The position numbers were made by a program, and so were the translations under genes. This document shows positions 19,084-29,233 of a stretch of DNA of 64,000 bases, one piece after another (position 1 is the stretch's first letter; each line of letters starts with the position of its first letter). This DNA is from Filifactoraceae bacterium (GTDB lineage Bacteria; Bacillota; Clostridia; Peptostreptococcales; Filifactoraceae), in the NCBI GenBank assembly GCA_051655155.1, contig JBOFZL010000051.1:18637-82636 (forward strand). Reading direction: 5' to 3'. The notes beneath the pieces were generated by a model. That model did no database searches. It saw nothing but the letters and a program-made list of their open reading frames with translations, and was not told where the DNA came from.

Positions 19084-20406
19084 CTAGTATTTAATGGCAT
19101 TTTCACTAGTTACCAAGGCTTGAATAAGTTTTTCTAGCTTAGGTTTTTCTGGTGAAATAATTAAAGCTTCAAGATATTTTGTTGAGGCTTCTATAAGTTT
19201 AGATTCTTTTTCTGTATATAAAGTAGCTAGTATTTGACCTTTTGAAACTTTATCCCCTGTTTTAGAATGTAAAATTATACCAGCAGAAAAATCTATGACA
19301 CTTTCTTTAGTTTCTCGACCTGCACCTAATATAGCTCCTGTAATACCTATAGATTCTGTATTCATAGATTGTATATATCCGTCTTTATCACTTACAACAT
19401 CCAAACTAAACTTTGCTTTTGGGAAAAGTTTAGGATTATAGATATACTCTTTGTTACCACCTTGAGCCTCTATCATAAGTGCAAATTTTTCTAGTGCAGA
19501 GCCGTTGGATATGGAGTTTATAACCATTTCCTTACACTTATGGTTATCTCCTTTATTTGAAAGGACGAGCATATAGGTTGCCAGTTCTATGCATATATTT
19601 CTTAAGTCTTCAGGACCTTGACCTTTTAGAATCTGGATAGCTTCTATAACTTCAAGGGTGTTACCTATATTGTATCCCAAAGGAATATCCATATTGGTAA
19701 CAAGTGCCATAATATTTTTTTGGGCATGGCTCCCTATAGCTACCATTTTCTCAGCAAGTTCAATTGAATCGTCAAGGGTTTTCATAAAAGCGCCACTACC
19801 AGTTTTTACATCGAGAAGTATGGCATCGGAACCTGAAGCAAGTTTTTTACTCATAATGGAAGCTGCTATTAAAGGAATGCTGTCTACAGTGGAAGTTACG
19901 TCTCTTAGCGCATAGAGTTTTTTATCAGCAGGAGCAAGGTTACCAGTTTGCCCTATTACACAAAGTCCGATTTCGTTGACAATTCTAAAGAACTCTTCTT
20001 CTTTTAAGTTTATATTTGTGTTAGGCACTGATTCTAACTTATCTACCGTTCCGCCTGTATGGCCTAAACCTCTTCCAGAGAGTTTAGCAACTTTTCCGCC
20101 ACAAGCTGCAACTATAGGAGCTATTATAAGTGTAGTCTTATCGCCAACGCCACCTGTACTGTGTTTATCAACTTTTATTCCGTTTATTGAGGATAGGTCA
20201 ATAATATCACCACTATTAGCTACAGCCATTGTTAGATTACTGGTTTCTTCATCGTTCATTCCCTGGAAATATATAGCCATAAGTAGTGCAGATGCCTGAT
20301 AGTCAGGAATATCACCTGATACATACCCTTTTATAAAAAAATCTATTTCGTCTTTTGATAATATTTTGCCATCACGTTTACTTTTTATAATATCCACAAT
20401 TCTCAT
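19084..20406 (-). CDS. pdp: pyrimidine-nucleoside phosphorylase
   Basis: 440 aa with IIKSKRDGK...DKHSTGGVGDKTTL and SGRGLGHTGGTVDKLES motifs of the thymidine/pyrimidine-nucleoside phosphorylase family. Confidence 0.93.
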   Translation of the reverse strand: MRIVDIIKSKRDGKILSKDEIDFFIKGYVSGDIPDYQASALLMAIYFQGMNDEETSNLTMAVANSGDIIDLSSINGIKVDKHSTGGVGDKTTLIIAPIVAACGGKVAKLSGRGLGHTGGTVDKLESVPNTNINLKEEEFFRIVNEIGLCVIGQTGNLAPADKKLYALRDVTSTVDSIPLIAASIMSKKLASGSDAILLDVKTGSGAFMKTLDDSIELAEKMVAIGSHAQKNIMALVTNMDIPLGYNIGNTLEVIEAIQILKGQGPEDLRNICIELATYMLVLSNKGDNHKCKEMVINSISNGSALEKFALMIEAQGGNKEYIYNPKLFPKAKFSLDVVSDKDGYIQSMNTESIGITGAILGAGRETKESVIDFSAGIILHSKTGDKVSKGQILATLYTEKESKLIEASTKYLEALIISPEKPKLEKLIQALVTSENAIKY

Positions 20407-20698
20407 TTAAATTTGTCCTTTCTCAACTTTTTCCAAAATAATGTATTTATTAACCGGTAAATAAATCTAATAATTTTAGAAAATTAAATATGTTTATTGT
20501 TTTAGTATATCAATTTAACCGGCATATTACAACGAAAATATAATTTGACTATAACCTACAAAATTGTTAAGGCTGCATTTTAAGATTAACAATTTACCTA
20601 TAAACTTTACTATGTGCCTTTCTAATATTTTGTGCTACAATATATAGGATTGAAATTAAATAATTTTAAAAATAATACAAATAAATTAAGGGGTTAAA

Positions 20699-22294
20699 AT
20701 GAACAGACAAGAATTAATTCAAGAGATTGATAGAAGAAGGATATTTGCTATTATATCCCATCCTGATGCCGGAAAAACAACACTTACAGAGAAGTTGTTG
20801 CTTCATGGTGGAGTAATTAGAGAGGCAGGGACAGTATCCGCTCAAAAAAATACAAAATATGCTAAGTCTGACTGGATGGAATTAGAGAAGAAAAGAGGAA
20901 TTTCCATTACATCTTCTGTAATGCAGTTTGAATATGATAAAAAGAAAATATCAATTATGGATACACCAGGACACAATGACTTTGGGGAGGATACCTATAG
21001 GGTGCTAACTTCAGTTGATAATGCAGTTATGGTAATTGATGGAGCAAAAGGTATAGAGCGTCAGACAAAGAAACTTTTTCAAGTATGCAAGATGAGAGGC
21101 ATACCTATCTTTACTTTTATTAATAAAATGGATAGGCAGACGAAGGAGCCTTTAGAATTATTACAAGAGTTAGAGGACGTTCTAGGGATACATTCAGTGC
21201 CTATTACATGGCCTATTGGAAGCGGAATGAGTTTTCAGGGAATATATGATCGTTTAGAAAATAAAATTATAGTTTATAGAAAAAATCAGGTTATTGACTT
21301 AGGGGAGGAAGGTTTAAACAACCCTATTTTAGATGAACTGTTTGAAAAGGATAATATTCTAGCTTTAAGGGATGAAATGGAGCTGATAGAAGGCGCAGGA
21401 AATGAATTTGAACTTAAAAAAATTCATGATGGCCAGTTAACGCCAGTATTTTTTGGAACAGCTTTGGTTGATTTTGGAGTGACCACATTTTTAAATCACT
21501 TCTTAGATATGAGCATAGGACCTGGAGAAAGAAAAACCATAAACGGAAGTGTAAGTCCGTATGACTCTGGATTTTCAGGCTTCATATTTAAAATTCAGGC
21601 CAATATGAATTCAGCTCATAGAGATAGGATAGCATTTTTGAGAATCTGTTCAGGGATATTTGAGAGGGGAATGAATGTTACTGTGGCAAGAACAGGGAAC
21701 CAATCAAAAATCAGTCAATCAACTCAATTAATGGCTAATGATAGAGAAATTATTGATGTGGCATATGCTGGAGATGTAATAGGGATATATGATTCAGGAA
21801 ATTATAGAGTGGGAGATACCTTAGTAGGGGGTAAGGAAAAAATTGTTTTTCAGCCATTACCAACATTTCCGCCGGAGTTGTTTATGAGGGTAAGCCCAAA
21901 GAACGTAATGAAGGCAAAACACTTTCAAAAAGGTGTGGAGCAATTGGCACAAGAAGGTGCAATTCAGGTATATCGTTCAACTTATAATGATATAATTTTA
22001 GGGGCTGTAGGAGCGTTGCAGTTTGAAGTTTTTGAATATAGGCTAAAGAATGAGTATAATTCAGAGATTTATATGGAAAACTTAGATTATACAATGGCAA
22101 AGTGGTTGATAACAGAAGAAGAATTGGATATTAAAAAGTTGCAAAATTCAAGATCTATGTTTGTTAAGGATCATTATGATAGACCATTATTGTTATTTGC
22201 AAATCAATTTACCTGTGATCGTTTTCAAGATGACCACAAGGACATTAGATTAATAGATGCTTTGGAAATAAACAGCTTATCAGAAGTTGAATAA
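20699..22294 (+). CDS. prfC: peptide chain release factor 3 (translational GTPase)
   Basis: 531 aa with G1 AIISHPDAGKTTLTEKLL, G3 DTPGHNDF and G4 NKMDR motifs. An extended -10 TGCTACAAT sits at 20633-20641. Confidence 0.95.
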   Translation: MNRQELIQEIDRRRIFAIISHPDAGKTTLTEKLLLHGGVIREAGTVSAQKNTKYAKSDWMELEKKRGISITSSVMQFEYDKKKISIMDTPGHNDFGEDTYRVLTSVDNAVMVIDGAKGIERQTKKLFQVCKMRGIPIFTFINKMDRQTKEPLELLQELEDVLGIHSVPITWPIGSGMSFQGIYDRLENKIIVYRKNQVIDLGEEGLNNPILDELFEKDNILALRDEMELIEGAGNEFELKKIHDGQLTPVFFGTALVDFGVTTFLNHFLDMSIGPGERKTINGSVSPYDSGFSGFIFKIQANMNSAHRDRIAFLRICSGIFERGMNVTVARTGNQSKISQSTQLMANDREIIDVAYAGDVIGIYDSGNYRVGDTLVGGKEKIVFQPLPTFPPELFMRVSPKNVMKAKHFQKGVEQLAQEGAIQVYRSTYNDIILGAVGALQFEVFEYRLKNEYNSEIYMENLDYTMAKWLITEEELDIKKLQNSRSMFVKDHYDRPLLLFANQFTCDRFQDDHKDIRLIDALEINSLSEVE

Positions 22295-22323
22295 TCAATA
22301 TATTTATGAAAGGAACGAACCAT

Positions 22324-24501
22324 ATGAAAACTCTTGTGATTGCTGAAAAACCAAGTTTAGCCAAAGAAATTGCTAAAACTTTAGGTATAAAAACAACAAA
22401 CAAAGGATATTTTGAAGATGATAACTATATAATAACCTTTGTATTTGGGCATCTTATGGTTCTTAAGGATATAGATGATTATAAAAATAGGGGTAAAACA
22501 TCATGGAAGTTAAATGAGCTGCCTTTTGTTCCATCTAAATTTGAGTTTAAAATTAGAGATGATAAAGGTGTAAAAAATCAGTATGAAATAATAAAAAAAC
22601 TGATACTTAGAAATGATGTAACCTTGCTTATAAATGCAGGGGATGCTGATAGAGAAGGGGAAGTTATCGTTAACAATGTAATATATTCGGTTCTAAGGGG
22701 AAACGGGTTAGAGAAAAATGTAAAAAGATTATGGCTTCACACTCAAAATGAAGATGGAATTACTAAGGCTTTTGAAAGTATGAAAGACATATTAGAAACT
22801 AGAAATCTCTATTCAGAGGGCTTGGCTAGAACCTATATAGATTGGCTTTATGGAATTAACCTAACAAGATATATAACTTTAAAAAGTGGAGATTTGCTGC
22901 CTGTGGGAAGGGTTCTTATTCCAATAGTTAAAAAAGTTTACGATAGATATGAAGAGATTAAAAATTTTGTTCCAGAAAAATATTACGAGGTAGACGCAGT
23001 AATAAAAAAAGATGGGGCTGAACTAAAGAGTAGTTTAAAGGATGCGAAATTTAGTTTAGAGGATAAGGAAAAAGCTGAAAAGCTTTTAGAAAGTTTACAA
23101 GATCGGCAGTTTCCTGTAACTAAGATAACTAAAAAACTTGTTGAAAAATCACCAAAAAAACTATTTTCACTGACTAGTTTACAAAACCATATGGCAAAGA
23201 GGTACAAGATAGGTCTTGATGAAACGTTGAAAATTGCTCAAGGTTTGTATGAAAAAGGGCTGATTACTTATCCAAGAACGAATACAGAGTACCTTACTAA
23301 TGAAGAGAAGAATGATGTAAAAAAGCTAATAGAAAAGTATAAAACTTTAGGATACAACTTAGAATTTAAGGATAAGAAAACCATCTTTGATAATAGTAAG
23401 GTGGAGAGCCATAGTGCGCTTATGATAACTTCTGTCATACCTAATATAGAAAGGTTACAACCTAGGGAAAGGCTTCTTTATGAAACTATATTGTTCAGAT
23501 TTGTTTCAAATTTTTTAGCGGAAAAAACTACTGTGGAAGAAACTAAGATAAGTATAAAAGTTGATGGAAGAGTTATAGAGCTAAGGGGTAACGTAATTGT
23601 AAATGAAGGTTTCTATAAATATGAAAAGCCCGACCAAAACGAAAAGATACTACCTCACTTTGAAAAGGGTGAATTAGTAGATGTAGAATTTAGTTTATCA
23701 GAGAAGGAAACTTCTAAACCTAAAAATCTTACATTAGATGAGTTGAATACTTATTTACAGAATCCTTTTAAGAAAGAGATTCAAGAGGCAAAGATAAAAG
23801 AAAAATCAGAAAAAAATTCAGAATATAAAGATGTAAAGTCTTCTGAGGATGCTGATGAAGAAGATGGTGATGATGATGATAACCTTCACTATAAACAGTT
23901 GTTAGAAGGTTTAGAGATAGGAACGGTAGCTACAAGAGACTCAATAATAAAAAATGCAGAACGATACAATTATATTACAATAAAAAAAACAGTCTTAGAT
24001 ATAACTGACAAGGGAATATACTTAATAGAAACGTTAGGGAAACTTTCGATAGATCTTTCTAAAGAAAAAACGGTGGAATCATCTAAGATACTAAAGGCAA
24101 TATATAGAAATGAAATGAGAGTATCTGATGCTGTACTAAAAATCCAAGGAGATTTAAGAACTATAATAGGTGCTAATATTCAGATAGAAAAGATAAAAAG
24201 TTCCAAGCTGAAATTTTCCACAAAAGCTGATAAAGTTGCAATAGGAATATGCCCACGATGTGGAAAGAGAGTATTTGAAAATTCAGTTTCTTTTTATTGT
24301 GAAGGTTTCAGAGAGGAAGTACCTTGTAAATTTTCATTATGGAAAGATAATAAAACATTAAAGGATGAAGGTTTGGTTCTTGATGAGGATATAGTTATAA
24401 GATTATTAAAAGACAAAGATCATATTGTAGAATTAGAAAAAATGACGGTGGAATTGTTAGATAAAAGTAATTATATAGACTATAAAATTACCAGATATTA
24501 A
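22324..24501 (+). CDS. topB: type IA DNA topoisomerase (topoisomerase III-like) with C-terminal zinc ribbon
   Basis: TOPRIM domain MKTLVIAEKPS...AGDADREGE. Active-site region LITYPRTNTEYL. C-terminal CPRCGK...YCEGF...PCKF. Start set to the ATG at 22324 (AAAGGAA RBS); the ORF-track ATG at 22306 is possible. Confidence 0.9.
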   Translation: MKTLVIAEKPSLAKEIAKTLGIKTTNKGYFEDDNYIITFVFGHLMVLKDIDDYKNRGKTSWKLNELPFVPSKFEFKIRDDKGVKNQYEIIKKLILRNDVTLLINAGDADREGEVIVNNVIYSVLRGNGLEKNVKRLWLHTQNEDGITKAFESMKDILETRNLYSEGLARTYIDWLYGINLTRYITLKSGDLLPVGRVLIPIVKKVYDRYEEIKNFVPEKYYEVDAVIKKDGAELKSSLKDAKFSLEDKEKAEKLLESLQDRQFPVTKITKKLVEKSPKKLFSLTSLQNHMAKRYKIGLDETLKIAQGLYEKGLITYPRTNTEYLTNEEKNDVKKLIEKYKTLGYNLEFKDKKTIFDNSKVESHSALMITSVIPNIERLQPRERLLYETILFRFVSNFLAEKTTVEETKISIKVDGRVIELRGNVIVNEGFYKYEKPDQNEKILPHFEKGELVDVEFSLSEKETSKPKNLTLDELNTYLQNPFKKEIQEAKIKEKSEKNSEYKDVKSSEDADEEDGDDDDNLHYKQLLEGLEIGTVATRDSIIKNAERYNYITIKKTVLDITDKGIYLIETLGKLSIDLSKEKTVESSKILKAIYRNEMRVSDAVLKIQGDLRTIIGANIQIEKIKSSKLKFSTKADKVAIGICPRCGKRVFENSVSFYCEGFREEVPCKFSLWKDNKTLKDEGLVLDEDIVIRLLKDKDHIVELEKMTVELLDKSNYIDYKITRY

Positions 24502-24562
24502 TGGTTAGAAAGTATACAGGGAAAATCTTAAATTTTAATTAGAATATCAATGGTTTTATTGG

Positions 24563-24591
24563 TTGACAAAATAAGAAATAAATAATACAAT
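24563..24591 (+). promoter_or_regulatory. sigma-A type promoter of the pot operon
   Basis: TTGACA (24563-24568), a 17-nt spacer, then TACAAT (24586-24591), about 75 nt upstream of potA. Confidence 0.6.
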
Positions 24592-24666
24592 ATTTAATTG
24601 AACGGAAAATAAATTTAATAAAAAAATTTGGACTTCCGACATAACTCTGATAAAGGAGGTTTTGTG

Positions 24667-25719
24667 ATGGCTAAGGTCTTAATTGAGCTTGTTGATGTAA
24701 ACAAAATATTTGAGGATGATGGTAAAAAGGTACTTTCTGATATTAATCTTTCCATAGAGGAAAAGGAATTTGTAACCTTATTAGGTCCATCAGGTTGTGG
24801 TAAGACCACCACGCTTAGAATAATTGGAGGGTTTGCTGATTTTACATCAGGCAAGCTTCTTTTTGATGGGGAGGATATTGAAAGCATACCTTCACATAAA
24901 AGACAGATAAACACTGTTTTTCAAAAGTATGCTTTATTTCCTCACTTAAATATCTATGATAATATAGCTTTTGGGCTTAAAATTAAAAAACTAGATAAAA
25001 AAATTATTGATGAAAAAGTAAAGAAAATGCTTAAGCTGGTAAATCTAGAGGGTTTTGAAAAGAGAGAAGTAAAGTCTTTATCTGGAGGACAACAGCAAAG
25101 AATTGCCATTGCAAGAGCTTTAGTTAATGAACCTAAAGTACTTCTTTTAGACGAACCTCTTGGGGCATTAGATCTCAAACTTAGAAAAGATATGCAATAT
25201 GAACTTAAGACTATGCAACAGGAATTGGGAATAACTTTCATCTATGTAACTCATGATCAAGAAGAAGCTCTGACTATGTCGGATAGGATTGTAGTTATGA
25301 AGGATGGGTATATTCAACAAATCGGAACTCCGGAAGATATATATAACGAGCCTATTAATAGGTTCGTGGCAGATTTTATTGGAGAGAGTAACATTGTATC
25401 AGGTATCATGAAAGAGGATTTTCTCTGTAATTTTTCAGGTAAGGACTTTGTATGTGTTGACAAAGGGTTTGAACTAAATGAAGAGGTGGAGATAGTAGTA
25501 AGGCCTGAAGATATTGAAATTCTTGAAAATACCAAGGGCAAAATAAACGGAGAAGTAACAGATGTAGTTTTTAAGGGTGTTCACTATGAAATAATAGTTG
25601 TAGAGGATAAAACCAACACAGAATGGATGATTCATACAATACATCACAGCAAGGTAGGTGCCAACGTTGGCCTTGAATTTGTCCCTGAGGCAATTCATAT
25701 AATGCGAAAGGGGGGTTAA
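24667..25719 (+). CDS. potA: spermidine/putrescine ABC transporter ATP-binding protein
   Basis: Walker [10 protein letters not shown], signature LSGGQQQR, Walker B LLLDEP, plus a C-terminal TOBE-like domain. Start moved to the ATG at 24667 (AAAGGAGG RBS). Confidence 0.9.
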   Translation: MAKVLIELVDVNKIFEDDGKKVLSDINLSIEEKEFVTLLGPSGCGKTTTLRIIGGFADFTSGKLLFDGEDIESIPSHKRQINTVFQKYALFPHLNIYDNIAFGLKIKKLDKKIIDEKVKKMLKLVNLEGFEKREVKSLSGGQQQRIAIARALVNEPKVLLLDEPLGALDLKLRKDMQYELKTMQQELGITFIYVTHDQEEALTMSDRIVVMKDGYIQQIGTPEDIYNEPINRFVADFIGESNIVSGIMKEDFLCNFSGKDFVCVDKGFELNEEVEIVVRPEDIEILENTKGKINGEVTDVVFKGVHYEIIVVEDKTNTEWMIHTIHHSKVGANVGLEFVPEAIHIMRKGG

Positions 25720-25721
25720 TA

Positions 25722-26564
25722 GTGAGGAAAAAAAATCTATTAATCACACCATATTTTATTTGGGCAATATTGTTCACAGTAGTGCCTCTAATAATTATAT
25801 TGGTATATTCCTTTTCAAAACGTGATGGCTATGGTGGATTTGAAATAGGCTTTACCCTAGATAACTATAAGGAATTTTTTAAGCCAATATATTTAAATGT
25901 AATGTGGAGATCTCTAAAGTTATCTATATATTCAACCATTGTATGTTTAGTTATAGGCTATCCTATGGGTTATATAATGTCTAAGGCAAGAAGCAATGTA
26001 AAGAGTATAATGGTTATGCTTTTTGTATTGCCATTATGGACAAACTTTTTACTTAGGACTTATGCATGGATGGGCCTTCTTAGAGATCAAGGAATAATTA
26101 ATGAATTGTTAATGAGTCTGGGGATAATTGATAAGCCACTTAAACTTTTATTCACTAACGGGGCAGTGGTTATGGGAATGGTTTATAACTTTTTACCTTT
26201 TATGGTACTTCCTATATTTTCTGTACTTTCAAAGATGGATAATTCTTTGGTAGAAGCAGCAAAAGACTTAGGAGCAAGTCCTTTTAAAGTATTTACAAAA
26301 GTTACGTTGCCTTTAAGTTTCCCTGGAGTTTCTACAGGTATAATAATGGTATTTATGCCAGCTGTTTCCACCTTTGTAATATCAGACTTGTTAGGTGGAG
26401 GACAGACCATACTATTAGGAAACCTTATACAAAATCAATTTATGATGGCGAGAAATTGGCAGTTTGGATCAGCAATATCTGCCATTATGATGCTTATAAT
26501 AATAATTACCATGGGATATTTCATTAAAAATGGTTCTAAAGACGGAGGTGGAAGGCTATGGTAA
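25722..26564 (+). CDS. potB: spermidine/putrescine ABC transporter permease
   Basis: 280 aa, 6 TM, EAA loop EAAKDLGASPFKVFTKVTLP. GTG start. Confidence 0.88.
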   Translation: MRKKNLLITPYFIWAILFTVVPLIIILVYSFSKRDGYGGFEIGFTLDNYKEFFKPIYLNVMWRSLKLSIYSTIVCLVIGYPMGYIMSKARSNVKSIMVMLFVLPLWTNFLLRTYAWMGLLRDQGIINELLMSLGIIDKPLKLLFTNGAVVMGMVYNFLPFMVLPIFSVLSKMDNSLVEAAKDLGASPFKVFTKVTLPLSFPGVSTGIIMVFMPAVSTFVISDLLGGGQTILLGNLIQNQFMMARNWQFGSAISAIMMLIIIITMGYFIKNGSKDGGGRLW

Positions 26565-27418
26565 AAAAGAAGCGAAGGCTAGGAAAGTTTTTTGGAATAG
26601 TTTATTCATTTTTGATTTATGCATTTTTGTATTTACCAATATTTGTGCTTATAATTTTTTCTTTTAATGATTCTAAGTATAGAGGAAATTGGGAAGGCTT
26701 TACGCTAAGGTGGTACACAGAATTATTTAGAGATCCAAGTATATTAAACTCAATATACACAACTTTGTTTGTGGCAAGTGTTGCTTCAATAATATCTGTT
26801 ATTCTTGGAACGATAACAGCCATAGCAATTCATAAACTAAGCCCAAGAAAAAAAGTAATAATGACTAATTTGAGTTATATTCCTATGGTAAATCCGGATA
26901 TAGTAATAGGTATATCTTTATTGACACTATTTGTGATGTTAAAAATGAAATTAGGTTTTATAACTTTGATTTTGGCACACATAACCTTTAATGTTCCATA
27001 TGTAATTTTTGCTGTTCTTCCAAAGCTTCAACAGTTAGATCCTAATTTAGAAGAGGCTGCTTTAGATTTAGGAGCTACACCTTTCCTAGCGTTTTGGAAG
27101 GTTATTCTTCCTGAAATAATGCCAGGGATAGTTACAGGCTTTGCCCTAGCTTTCACAATGAGCCTAGATGACTTTATTGTAAGTTTTTTTACTACAGGTT
27201 CAGGAGTATCAACCTTATCGATTAAAGTATACTCTATGACTAAAAGAGGAATAACTCCAACTATAAATGCCCTAAGTTCACTTATGTTTTTGGCAGTTAT
27301 AGCTATAATGACAGTAAGTCAAATTAAGAATATTAAACAAGAAAAGCAGGCAAAACAGGAATTACGTCTAAGGAAAGAACAAGATAAGAAAGAACTTGAA
27401 AAGTTAAATGTAATATAA
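26558..27418 (+). CDS. potC: spermidine/putrescine ABC transporter permease
   Basis: 286 aa, EAA loop EAALDLGATPFLAFWKVILP. Overlaps the potB stop. Confidence 0.88.
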   Translation: MVKKKRRLGKFFGIVYSFLIYAFLYLPIFVLIIFSFNDSKYRGNWEGFTLRWYTELFRDPSILNSIYTTLFVASVASIISVILGTITAIAIHKLSPRKKVIMTNLSYIPMVNPDIVIGISLLTLFVMLKMKLGFITLILAHITFNVPYVIFAVLPKLQQLDPNLEEAALDLGATPFLAFWKVILPEIMPGIVTGFALAFTMSLDDFIVSFFTTGSGVSTLSIKVYSMTKRGITPTINALSSLMFLAVIAIMTVSQIKNIKQEKQAKQELRLRKEQDKKELEKLNVI

Positions 27419-27451
27419 AAAATTAATTAATTAGAAGGAGGAGTTAGAAAA

Positions 27452-28504
27452 TTGAAAAAAAAGGTTTTTGCAATGGCTATTATGGTAATCATGGTTATAT
27501 CTATTGTGGCTTGTGGGAATAAGAGTGAAGTAGACTCTGATAAAGTAACTCTTAATGTATATAACTGGGGAGATTATATTGCTCCTGAGGTAATAGGTAA
27601 TTTTGAAAAAGAAACAGGGATAAAAGTAAATTATGAAGAGTTTGCTACTAATGAAGAAATGCTTGCTAAGATTCAAGCAGGAGGAACAGCTTATGATGTA
27701 ATTTGTCCCTCTGACTATATGATAGAATATATGATTAACAGGAATCTTTTATTGGAGTTAGATTATAATAATCTTCCTAATTATTCCAATATTGATGAAA
27801 GATTTAAAACATTAGATTATGATAAGGAGGGAAAATTCTCAGTACCTTATTTGTGGGGAACTATGGGCATAGTGTACAATAAGACTATGGTAAATAAGCC
27901 TGTAGACAGCTGGAATATATTATGGGATAAGGATTATGAAGGAAATATAATAATGTTAGATTCTCCAAGAGATACAATAGGGATAACTCTTGCTAAGTTA
28001 GGATATTCTTTAAATTCTGTGAAACCAGAAGAATTAGAAAAGGCAAAGGCTGAATTAATTGCTCAAAAACCTTTAGTAAGATCTTATGAAATAGACACAT
28101 ATAAAGACCAAATGATAGCAGGAGAAGCTGCCATGTCTTTATGTTGGTCAGGAGATGCGATGCTTCTGATGGCTGAAAATGAAGATTTAGCTTATTCAAT
28201 TCCAAAAGAAGGAACAAATTTATGGTTTGATGCTTTTGCAATTCCAAAAACATCAGTTCACAAAAAGGAAGCGGAAAAATTTATAGACTATATGATGAAG
28301 CCAGAGGTGGCAGCTGCAAACTCAAACTACATTAAATTTTCTTCTCCAAATAAAGAAGCTTTAAAATTGCTTCCACAAGAAGAAGTTAATAATGAGTTTT
28401 TGTATCCACAAGGAGATCTTAAAACTATTGGTGAAGTTTTCCTAGATTTAGGAGAAGCTACAACAGAATATGATAAGATTTGGACGGAGATAAAAAGCTC
28501 ATAA
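27452..28504 (+). CDS. potD: spermidine/putrescine-binding lipoprotein (ABC substrate-binding protein)
   Basis: Lipobox VACGN. LNVYNWGDYI and PYLWGTMGIVYN are typical PotD/PotF motifs. TTG start after GAAGGAGGAG. Confidence 0.88.
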   Translation: MKKKVFAMAIMVIMVISIVACGNKSEVDSDKVTLNVYNWGDYIAPEVIGNFEKETGIKVNYEEFATNEEMLAKIQAGGTAYDVICPSDYMIEYMINRNLLLELDYNNLPNYSNIDERFKTLDYDKEGKFSVPYLWGTMGIVYNKTMVNKPVDSWNILWDKDYEGNIIMLDSPRDTIGITLAKLGYSLNSVKPEELEKAKAELIAQKPLVRSYEIDTYKDQMIAGEAAMSLCWSGDAMLLMAENEDLAYSIPKEGTNLWFDAFAIPKTSVHKKEAEKFIDYMMKPEVAAANSNYIKFSSPNKEALKLLPQEEVNNEFLYPQGDLKTIGEVFLDLGEATTEYDKIWTEIKSS

Positions 28505-28532
28505 AAGAAGAAGTTAAATAATAGAAATTAAT

Positions 28533-28570
28533 AAAAAGTCGGTATAGCAAAAGAGCTAAACCGACTTTTT
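28533..28570 (+). terminator. intrinsic terminator of the pot operon
   Basis: AAAAAGTCGG...CCGACTTTTT with an internal TAGC/GCTA extension, followed by a T run. Confidence 0.7.
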
Positions 28571-28688
28571 ATATTGAGAAAATATATATTGCATTTTAAA
28601 TTATAAGAGTGGTCGAATAAATAAAAGATCTTAATATAGATGTTTTATCTTTTTTGATAAATAAATCTATCAAAAAAGAAATAAAAAA

Positions 28689-29123
28689 TTAAGCGAAGTC
28701 AGAATCTTGTTCATTTTTGATATCGCTTTTATTTTTTTCACTTATATTTACATATGCCGGGTAGTGTGACATCCTACTATCTTTATTTATGGTTCGTTCA
28801 TACTTTGATTTGACAATTTCAAATACATCTTCTTTATCTCTATTATCAAGCTGTCTAAACATATTAAGTAAGTTATACTCAAGTTCATTTTTATGTAGTT
28901 CTAAGATGGTATCTGAAGTTTTAAATTGTGTACCCGTTAGCAAGTATTCTGGATTTACATCAAGAAAGTTGCAAATAGGCATTATAAGCTCAGATGGGGG
29001 GTTAGTAGATCTCGTTTTCCAGTTGCTAATTACACTTTTATGTATTCCTAAAGATCCAGCTAAATCAACTGCCTTCATATTTTGTTCTTTCAATTTTAAA
29101 AATACTCGATCAATTATCTTCAT
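28689..29123 (-). CDS. XRE-family helix-turn-helix transcriptional regulator (repressor-like)
   Basis: The HTH MKAVDLAGSLGIHKSVISNWKTRSTNPPSELIMPICNFLDVNPEYLLTG is a classic Cro/C1-type HTH. The C-terminal helical tail is NLLNMFRQLDNRDKEDVFEIVKSKYER. Start set to the ATG at 29123 (GGAG 6 nt upstream) rather than 29135. Confidence 0.85.
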   Translation of the reverse strand: MKIIDRVFLKLKEQNMKAVDLAGSLGIHKSVISNWKTRSTNPPSELIMPICNFLDVNPEYLLTGTQFKTSDTILELHKNELEYNLLNMFRQLDNRDKEDVFEIVKSKYERTINKDSRMSHYPAYVNISEKNKSDIKNEQDSDFA

Positions 29124-29171
29124 AAATATCTCCATTTAGTTTATTAAAGTTTCCAAATTAAAACATTATCA

Positions 29172-29200
29172 TTGAAAAGTTTTCAAACGTGTGCTAAAAT
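29172..29200 (+). promoter_or_regulatory. candidate sigma-A promoter (TTGAAA-17-TAAAAT with extended TG) facing the small HTH gene
   Basis: TTGAAA at 29172-29177, a 17-nt spacer ending in TGC, then TAAAAT at 29195-29200. The -10 overlaps the left arm of the 17-bp palindrome. Confidence 0.5.
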
Positions 29201-29233
29201 GTGAGTGATAAATAACTTTATCACTCACATTTT
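29196..29233. promoter_or_regulatory. perfect 17-bp inverted repeat with 4-nt spacer; candidate operator of the XRE/Cro-like pair
   Basis: AAAATGTGAGTGATAAA (29196-29212), TAAC, then TTTATCACTCACATTTT (29217-29233). It lies in the divergent intergenic region, and no gene ends here. Confidence 0.6.

Noticed and set aside
28648-28679. The 12-bp perfect inverted repeat TCTTTTTTGATA-8 nt-TATCAAAAAAGA just downstream of the XRE gene stop, as a terminator.
   Set aside because: The stem is almost entirely A/T and lacks a clean U-tract on the minus-strand transcript. It may be a weak terminator, but I cannot support it as a feature.
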